This document shows, one piece after another, positions 57,530-64,000 of a DNA stretch of 64,000 nucleotides. Each line of letters begins with the position of its first letter. Position 1 is the stretch's first letter. Where the stretch lies: positions 106 through 64,105 of the forward strand of contig JAZULN010000021.1 of the NCBI GenBank assembly GCA_045603125.1, read 5' to 3'. Below the pieces are notes generated by a model. That model saw nothing but the letters and a program-made list of their open reading frames with translations. It made no database searches and was not told the DNA's origin. Both the position numbers and the translations under genes were made by a program. The stretch comes from Clostridia bacterium (GTDB taxonomy: Bacteria > Bacillota > Clostridia > UBA1381).

Positions 57530-60136
57530 TTATTTTTTATGTCTAATTAAACCTATAGCCTTTGAAATCTCCATAATAATGAGCGGTACAAGGATTAACC
57601 CGAAGCAAAGAAGATAAAGTTTAATCGGTAAGGCAATGAGCCCGAATGCAACACGAAGGGGGGTAAATATTACTACTAATACCAACAAGATTGAAATCAA
57701 TGCGGCACCATTTAATTTCTTGTTTGTAAAAGCTCCGATTTTAAACAATGATTTATCCGACCTCATATTGTATGCCTGAATTACCTGAGAAAGTGCGAGG
57801 GTCATAAATGCCATAGTCTGACCACCCGCGAGCTTTCCGGTTAGAGTTTCGCCAACTCGAAAAGCTACCAGTGAAAGAATAGCAAACATAACACCTTGTA
57901 AAACAACTCGGATTCCAAGACCGTGTGCGAAAATTCCTTCATTTTTAGGTTTTGGCTTTCGGGTCATTATGTCGTTTTCTACCGCTTCCATACCAAGGGC
58001 AATGGCAGGCATACTGTCGGTAACTAAGTTAATCCATAAAAGCTGCATTGATAAAAGCGGAGTTTTGTGCCATAAAAGCATTGCCACAAATACAGTTATA
58101 ACCTCACCAATGTTTGTGCCGAGAAGGAAGCCCACAACTTTTTTGATGTTATCATAGATGCCCCTGCCTTCTCTTACGGCATCAACGATTGTAGCAAAGT
58201 TATCGTCGGTGAGGGTCATGTCGGCAGCACCCTTGGCAACGTCTGTGCCGGTGATACCCATAGCACAACCGATATCGGCAGCCTTTAGGGCGGGTGCATC
58301 GTTTACGCCGTCGCCTGTCATTGAAACTACTTGGTCCCGTCTTTGCCAAGCCTTTACAATTCTGATTTTATTCTCAGGCGACACTCGGGCGTAAACTGAG
58401 ATTTTTTCAACCACACTGTCGAGTTCACGGTCGGTCATGGCATCCAGCTCCGAACCGGTTATTGCCATATCCCCGTCTTCTAATATTCCTAATTCCCTTG
58501 CGATTGCAGAGGCAGTAACAACATGGTCACCGGTTATCATAATTGGCTTGATGCCGGCTTTTCTACAGATTGCCACGGCATCTTTTGCCTCAGGTCTTGG
58601 CGGATCAATCATGCCGACCAAACCCATAAAGGTTAAGCCGTTTTCAAGAACTTCCGGAGCAGGGACATTGTCAATCTCTTTATATGCAACCGCAAGAACT
58701 CTGAGGGCATTTTCGCTCATGCTCTCGGTAATCTCTTTTGCTTTTTCGAGGTTTCCTTTTATACAACGGCTTGCCATCACATCAAAAGCACCTTTTACAA
58801 TGCAAATATTTTTCCCGTCGATTTTATTTACCGTAGTCATAAGCTTTCGGTCTGAATCAAATGGGATTTCGGCAAGACGTGGGAATTTAGAGTTTAGGTC
58901 TTCCTTTTCCATGCCGTTTTTGTGGGCGGCTAATACTATTGCGGTCTCGGTCGGGTCGCCTATATGTTTTTCTTCGGTTTCGGTGATTATTACCGACCCG
59001 TCGCAACAAAGTGTTGCATATTTTAAAAGCTCCTTGACCTTTTCGGAACAGTTATTTGATATATCTTCAGTATCATTGTCTCCGTCAACAAAGGACTTGG
59101 TCAGGGTCATACGGTTTTGAGTCAGAGTTCCTGTTTTATCCGAGCAGATAATTGATGCACTGCCCAAGGTTTCAACGGCAGGAAGCCTGCGAATCAGTGC
59201 ATTTTTCTTAACCATTCTCTGAACACCGATAGAGAGTACAACGGTTACAATAGCAGGAAGTCCCTCAGGGATTGCTGAAACTGCCAAAGACACAGAGGTC
59301 ATAAATATTTCAAGTACCGGGATATTATTTAAAATTCCCACAATAAAGATTATGCCACAAGCAAGAAGTGCCAAAATTCCAAGATATTTTCCGAGCTGTG
59401 CAAGTTTTTCCTGAAGTGGTGTCTGACCGCCTTCTTCATTATCCAAAAGGTTTGCAATTTTACCCATTTCGGTGTCCATACCTGTTGCGGTAACAATGGC
59501 GGTGGCGGTACCGTAGGTGATAGAGCAGCCTGAGAAAACCATATTGGTTCTGTCACCCAATGGTGCATCGTCTTTTACCTCGGCTTCGGCATCCTTTTCA
59601 GAAGGCACAGACTCACCGGTGAGAGCCGATTCCTCACTCTTTAAGCTTACGCTTTTTAGTAGCCTTGCATCTGCCGGAACAAAGTCGCCGGCTTCAAGTT
59701 TTATTATATCGCCCGGCACAAGGAAAGCGGCGTCAATCAGCTCTTCCTTGCCGTCACGGATTACCCTTGCGTGGGGTGCTGACATATTCTTTAAGGCATC
59801 CAGGGCCTTTTCCGCTTTACTCTCCTGCATAACACCGATTACGGCATTTAACACGACGATTAAAAGAATCAGTGCCGGTTCAAAAAATTCTGCCGGATTT
59901 TTTTCAATGCAGGCAATCACGAAAGATATCCCTGCCGCAATCAAAAGAATTAAAATCATTACGTCTTTGAATTGCTCTAAAAATCTTTGAAAGTTTGTTT
60001 TTTTCTTCTTTTCCTTTAGCTTATTTTCACCGAATTCGGATTTTAACTTCTCGACTTTGTCGGGAGTAAGCCCTGAATTTTCATCAGAATTCAGATGTTT
60101 TATGACATCATCTTTTTTTTGGCTATAAAATTGCAT
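57530..60136 (-). CDS. P-type Ca2+-transporting ATPase (P2A/SERCA-like, YloB type)
   Basis: CSDKTGTLT phosphorylation site, TGES, MITGDH and MTGDGVNDAPALK motifs; 868 aa. Confidence 0.9.
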   Translation of the reverse strand: MQFYSQKKDDVIKHLNSDENSGLTPDKVEKLKSEFGENKLKEKKKKTNFQRFLEQFKDVMILILLIAAGISFVIACIEKNPAEFFEPALILLIVVLNAVIGVMQESKAEKALDALKNMSAPHARVIRDGKEELIDAAFLVPGDIIKLEAGDFVPADARLLKSVSLKSEESALTGESVPSEKDAEAEVKDDAPLGDRTNMVFSGCSITYGTATAIVTATGMDTEMGKIANLLDNEEGGQTPLQEKLAQLGKYLGILALLACGIIFIVGILNNIPVLEIFMTSVSLAVSAIPEGLPAIVTVVLSIGVQRMVKKNALIRRLPAVETLGSASIICSDKTGTLTQNRMTLTKSFVDGDNDTEDISNNCSEKVKELLKYATLCCDGSVIITETEEKHIGDPTETAIVLAAHKNGMEKEDLNSKFPRLAEIPFDSDRKLMTTVNKIDGKNICIVKGAFDVMASRCIKGNLEKAKEITESMSENALRVLAVAYKEIDNVPAPEVLENGLTFMGLVGMIDPPRPEAKDAVAICRKAGIKPIMITGDHVVTASAIARELGILEDGDMAITGSELDAMTDRELDSVVEKISVYARVSPENKIRIVKAWQRRDQVVSMTGDGVNDAPALKAADIGCAMGITGTDVAKGAADMTLTDDNFATIVDAVREGRGIYDNIKKVVGFLLGTNIGEVITVFVAMLLWHKTPLLSMQLLWINLVTDSMPAIALGMEAVENDIMTRKPKPKNEGIFAHGLGIRVVLQGVMFAILSLVAFRVGETLTGKLAGGQTMAFMTLALSQVIQAYNMRSDKSLFKIGAFTNKKLNGAALISILLVLVVIFTPLRVAFGLIALPIKLYLLCFGLILVPLIIMEISKAIGLIRHKK

Positions 60137-60276
60137 TTTATTGATTCCTCCATAATTTTTATAGAACTATAGTATTTTACCATATAATTTAAAATTTTAC
60201 AACGGCATAAAATGAAAAATTTGTTATATTTTTTTGGATATATTGTTAAATATGGAAAGAAAGTTATTGGTTTTAC

Positions 60277-60305
60277 TTGAAAATAACTTTTAAGTGGTGT
60301 ATAAT
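60277..60305 (+). promoter_or_regulatory. Consensus-like sigma-A promoter upstream of the LOG gene
   Basis: TTGAAA, 17 nt, TG-extended TATAAT. Confidence 0.55.
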
Positions 60306-60399
60306 TTGAAAAAAAAGATTGTATATTTTCGGTTTATTTTAATATATAATAAATTTTTGGCATATAATTTAGAGTTTATAATAAAAGGAGTGGATATTC

Positions 60400-60981
60400 A
60401 TGAAGATATGTGTATTTGGTGCGGCAAGCAACGAAATCAACAATACCTATATCGAGGCGGTTGAAAAGCTTGGCGAGGAGCTTGCAAAAAGAGGCCATGA
60501 GCTTGTGTTTGGTGCAGGCGGAAATGGTCTTATGGGTGCAGTTGCCCGTGGAGTTTACCGTGGCGGCGGAAAAATCTATGGAATCATACCCAAGTTTTTT
60601 AAGGACGAAGAAATCGAGCTTATATTTGATAAATGTGACGAACTAATCTATACAGAAACTATGGCAGATAGAAAATCTTTAATGGAAGATATGGCAGATG
60701 CGTTTATCACAGTTCCGGGTGGTATCGGGACATTTGAGGAGTTTTTCCAGATGATGACCCTAAAACAACTGGGTCGCCACACAAAACCTATGGGACTTTT
60801 CGATATAAACGGATATTTTGTGGATTTGGAGGCATTTTTAAAGAAGTCGGTTAGCGAGAGATTTATTCGTGAGGACTGTAAAATGCTATATAGATACTCA
60901 ACCGATATGGCGGAAATTTTTGATTATATTGAAAATGACAAGCGAATTAAAAAGGATGTTCATGATTTGAAAATTGGATAA
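60400..60981 (+). CDS. LOG-family (TIGR00730) nucleotide phosphoribohydrolase
   Basis: GAGGNGLMGAVA and PGGIGTFEE motifs. Confidence 0.85.
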   Translation: MKICVFGAASNEINNTYIEAVEKLGEELAKRGHELVFGAGGNGLMGAVARGVYRGGGKIYGIIPKFFKDEEIELIFDKCDELIYTETMADRKSLMEDMADAFITVPGGIGTFEEFFQMMTLKQLGRHTKPMGLFDINGYFVDLEAFLKKSVSERFIREDCKMLYRYSTDMAEIFDYIENDKRIKKDVHDLKIG

Positions 60982-61038
60982 TAGATGAAAATTTCAACCT
61001 TAAAAGTATGGTTAATTTTATGAAAGGAACCGGAATTT

Positions 61039-62208
61039 ATGCTAACCAATCTTTTAATCAGAATGTTTATTAAGGATAAGGATAATATAAAAAACCAGAT
61101 AGTCAGAAAAAAATATACAATGCTTGCAGGCGTTACCGGAATATTTGCAAATTTATTGCTGTTTTTGGTGAAATTTTTGGCGGGACTTTTCTCGGGCTCG
61201 GTTGCAATTATAGCCGACGGGTTTAATAACTTATCCGACAGTGCATCGTCGGTTGTGGCAATGCTGGGATTTCGGATGTCGGGAAAGCACGAGGACAAAA
61301 AGCATCCTTTAGGTCACGGAAGATATGAATATATAACCGCATTTATTGTGGATATAATTATTGTTGTTGTAGGCGTTGAGCTATTTAAAGCATCAATTGA
61401 AAAGATAATTTCTCCGAGGTTACCGGGAATAACCGGAGCAACCTTAATTGTGCTTGGGATTTCGGTGATATTAAAGCTATGGATGTTTTTCTTTTATCGA
61501 AAACTAGGGAGAAAAATAAATTCCATTACCCTGACCGCTGTTGGAACAGATAGCCTAAGCGACGTTTTCGCAACGGGTATCGTTATAATATCAGCAATAA
61601 TCTCCAAAATCTGGGGATTTTATATCGACGGATATGCAGGACTATTGGTTGCAGGGTTTATCGTGTTTAGCGGCATAAAGGCAGCAAAGGACACGGTGGA
61701 GCTTTTGCTTGGTGCATCTCCAGACCCTGAGCTTGTTGAAAAGATTTATGATTTTATAAAGGCATACCCTGAGGTTTTAGATATACATGACCTTATGGTA
61801 CACGACTACGGTCCGGGCAAACAGATTTTCACCTTCCATGCCGAGGTGTCATCGGAGAGCGATCTTTTACATGCCCACGATGTTATAGACGGCCTTGAGA
61901 GGGATATGGAAAGGGAATTTGGAAGTATCGTGACAATTCACCTAGACCCCATTGCCGTTTCCGACGAAGAGGTTGATAAGATGCGAAAATTTATAGAAGA
62001 TGCGGTAGGGGAAGTGGATAGTACCTTTACAATCCACGATTTCCGAATGACAACGAGCGAAAATAATGTTACGGTAATCTTTGACCTCTTAATCCCCAGT
62101 GATTCTAAATTCAGTGATGAGGTGGCAAAAGACAAGGTAACTGAAAAAATTTCAGAGAAAAACCCTGACCTTCGGACAGTGATTAAGGCAGAACACCCAT
62201 TCATATAG
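61039..62208 (+). CDS. Cation diffusion facilitator family transporter
   Basis: Six TM segments, ADGFNNLSDS and SDVFATG metal-site motifs, and a C-terminal cytoplasmic domain. Confidence 0.85.
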   Translation: MLTNLLIRMFIKDKDNIKNQIVRKKYTMLAGVTGIFANLLLFLVKFLAGLFSGSVAIIADGFNNLSDSASSVVAMLGFRMSGKHEDKKHPLGHGRYEYITAFIVDIIIVVVGVELFKASIEKIISPRLPGITGATLIVLGISVILKLWMFFFYRKLGRKINSITLTAVGTDSLSDVFATGIVIISAIISKIWGFYIDGYAGLLVAGFIVFSGIKAAKDTVELLLGASPDPELVEKIYDFIKAYPEVLDIHDLMVHDYGPGKQIFTFHAEVSSESDLLHAHDVIDGLERDMEREFGSIVTIHLDPIAVSDEEVDKMRKFIEDAVGEVDSTFTIHDFRMTTSENNVTVIFDLLIPSDSKFSDEVAKDKVTEKISEKNPDLRTVIKAEHPFI

Positions 62209-62248
62209 AAAAAAGAGAAATGTCTTTTGAAAAGACATTTCTCTTTTT
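62207..62248. terminator. Bidirectional terminator
   Basis: AAAAAAGAGAAATGTCTTTT-GAAA-AGACATTTCTCTTTTT. Confidence 0.8.
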
Positions 62249-62251
62249 CTA

Positions 62252-63340
62252 TTATTTTCTGTCGTCGTACATTTCCATGGCTTTTGCAATATCATCAAAG
62301 CTATTGCAATGACCGTTTTTAACATAAAGGTAAGAAGTGGTCATACCACTTATTAAACAGCTTTCAATGTCAAGGTCACCCAAAAGACCGGCTGAGAATC
62401 CGCTATTGAAGTTATCGCCGCCGCCTGTTGTCTTCTTTGGATTTTCACATACAATACCCTGAACCTCAACTTCGCCGCCGTCATATACTGCTGCGGAACT
62501 GTCCACCGGGTGGATTATTACAGTACCAATACCCGAGAACTCCTTAATTTTTCTTGCAATTGGAAGTGAGCCACTATACTCACCTTCGCCTAAGATTTGG
62601 TGCATAACCATAGCCTCACTCTTATTAAGACCTAAGTAGGTCGGAGCGTACTCGCTATATTTTCCAAACATCTTAAGAGCTGCCTTAATTTCTTCCGGCT
62701 GACGCTTTGCACAGTCTGCAATGTCTATGTAGATTTTTCTGTCTTTTTTAGATAGTCTTGGCATAACAATTTCCAAAAACTTTTCATAGATTTCATGGAA
62801 GTGAACAAGATAACTCCAGTTTACCAATGTTATAATATCGGCTTGGTCAAAATAATTTACCAAATCATCGATGCTGATTCTTTCAATTAAATCTTTCCAT
62901 CTTAACTGACTGATTTTTTCAATATCACTCATTATAACTTTACCGTCGGAAAATTCATATAAATATGAATACCCCGGCTCGCTAATAGAGATAGTTTCAC
63001 AGTTTGGGTTAAGGTTAAAAGCTGAATTTTTTTCAGGATATCCCATAGCACCGATACAGGTACATTTTACATCCATGTTGGCAAGACCATTTGCATAGTG
63101 AGGCCCACATCCGCCAAAATCTGTGCTTTCAAATATCAATTCTATATTACCGCTTCTGCCTGCAAGACTTGAAATTTTCTCACCGAACTGGTCGATTGTG
63201 GGATAGTATGTACAAGTTTTTTCGTCTTGTCTGGTTTTAACAGGGTGGATTAAATAATCCACAAATCCGTCAAAACCGATAGACACGGTTTTACTTTGAA
63301 TAAGTTCTTTTTTTGATTTAAATTGTTCTGAATATTTCAT
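62252..63340 (-). CDS. Ribokinase-superfamily carbohydrate kinase (ADP-dependent-kinase-like architecture)
   Basis: C-terminal TTGGGDNFNSGF anion-hole motif and N-terminal IGFDGFVD. Substrate unknown. Confidence 0.45.
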   Translation of the reverse strand: MKYSEQFKSKKELIQSKTVSIGFDGFVDYLIHPVKTRQDEKTCTYYPTIDQFGEKISSLAGRSGNIELIFESTDFGGCGPHYANGLANMDVKCTCIGAMGYPEKNSAFNLNPNCETISISEPGYSYLYEFSDGKVIMSDIEKISQLRWKDLIERISIDDLVNYFDQADIITLVNWSYLVHFHEIYEKFLEIVMPRLSKKDRKIYIDIADCAKRQPEEIKAALKMFGKYSEYAPTYLGLNKSEAMVMHQILGEGEYSGSLPIARKIKEFSGIGTVIIHPVDSSAAVYDGGEVEVQGIVCENPKKTTGGGDNFNSGFSAGLLGDLDIESCLISGMTTSYLYVKNGHCNSFDDIAKAMEMYDDRK

Positions 63341-63351
63341 GTTAATTCTCC

Positions 63352-64000
63352 TTAGTTTATTTCAAAAATCACTGCATCAAACGGCTTTATCTCATCAATA
63401 TCGCCATAGATAACTGAAGCCGGAGCACAAGCCTTGAATTTAAAATTAGGTTTTTGTGGATTTTTCGAGTAGTTAATTGCAACACAATATGACTTATTAC
63501 CGTCGGTGTGCTCGGTTACTGCTATAAATTGATTGTCAGATGCGACCTTCTTGTTTTCAATAATGTCTTTAAAGAAATGTCTGTATATTAAGTGAATATT
63601 GCCGTCAAAAGCGTTGGTTTCATCAAGAAGAGCGTATTCAAGCGGGAAGTTTACGAAGAAGACCCTACCTTTGCCGTATTGGTACTCTGTAATGATAGGA
63701 TTTCCTGCTTCATCTTTGGCAAGAACATCGGCACCATTAGCCTCAATCCGGAAGTTTCTTCTTTTCTTATATGGAATTTCAGAGTCATCAAATTTAAAAT
63801 TCCCTGATTTATTCTCATATGCTGCGTCAATAACTCTAAGGCCTGCGAGACTGTTAAAGTCAGATAATATGCCGTTATCTACAGAAATATAGAGACTTGC
63901 ACCATCTAAAACACGTTTTTTAAGGATTGCCCAGTTCTCACCCGACATAACTTTTCCGCCTGCCACAGAAGGCATAAGATAACAGTCGGATTCGGGAATT
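63352..64000 (-). CDS. C-terminal part of a glycoside-hydrolase-like protein (GH42 beta-galactosidase-like trimerisation and C-terminal domains); 5' end outside the window
   Basis: The reading frame stays open upstream of the tracked Met to the window edge. The ending ...IKPFDAVIFEIN resembles GH42 C-terminal domains. Confidence 0.4.
   Translation of the reverse strand, partial: IPESDCYLMPSVAGGKVMSGENWAILKKRVLDGASLYISVDNGILSDFNSLAGLRVIDAAYENKSGNFKFDDSEIPYKKRRNFRIEANGADVLAKDEAGNPIITEYQYGKGRVFFVNFPLEYALLDETNAFDGNIHLIYRHFFKDIIENKKVASDNQFIAVTEHTDGNKSYCVAINYSKNPQKPNFKFKACAPASVIYGDIDEIKPFDAVIFEIN

Noticed and set aside
58437-59120. 227-aa ORF antisense to the Ca2+-ATPase, and the many other 60-160-aa ORFs antisense to or nested in large genes (e.g. 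1815-2201, 15630-15938, 18673-19032, 43100-43459, 56328-56792, 59517-59990)
   Set aside because: All lie inside confidently identified genes on the opposite strand or in another frame. They lack RBS motifs and have low-complexity, Ser/Pro/Ile-rich products typical of shadow ORFs.

Overview
The window is a chromosomal segment from a low-GC, endospore-forming Firmicute (Clostridia-like). It is almost entirely housekeeping and sporulation genes.

Gene content, in order:
- ispA-like prenyl synthase, lonB, and eda-kdgK.
- A nine-gene V-type ATPase operon.
- The SCIFF radical-SAM peptide pair. The 46-aa precursor scfA is absent from the ORF track; I found it by hand.
- asp23, the full spoIIIAA-AH operon, spoVT, rpsT and ldh.
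- The conserved yabM-mazG-hup-yabO-yabP-yabQ-divIC-yabR block.
- pncB, tsaC-ywlE-rimI-tsaD, and a DUF3343/cysteine desulfurase pair.
- A five-tRNA operon (Gly-Arg-His-Gln-Lys).
- araC-melA-galT, argH-argG, ruvCAB, an amidase, and queA/tgt.
- ktrB/ktrA-like K+ uptake genes, a P-type Ca2+-ATPase, LOG, a CDF transporter, a sugar-kinase-like gene and a truncated glycosidase.

I saw no CRISPR array, rRNA, transposase, integrase or reverse transcriptase.

The unusual signal is non-coding and sits in three intergenic spots.
1. At 25.76-26.73 kb, a 50-nt promoter module occurs twice. One copy drives a four-helix-bundle (23S-IVS/Avd-like) gene through a leader of 4+4 inverted TGCGATAT repeats. Every spacer in that leader is self-complementary end to end, which predicts a ladder of perfect four-way junctions. 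The other copy drives a 67-aa orphan gene through a long hairpin plus a terminator that abuts the RBS.
2. At 41.36-41.58 kb, after the tRNA operon, there is a related half-array of ATTTCAY 7-mers. These are separated by covarying C-GNA-G hairpins.
3. A 24-nt purine-rich box followed by a covarying hairpin is shared between 41.42 kb and 53.20 kb.

All functional calls rest on my reading of the translated ORFs and sequence motifs. No database search was run.
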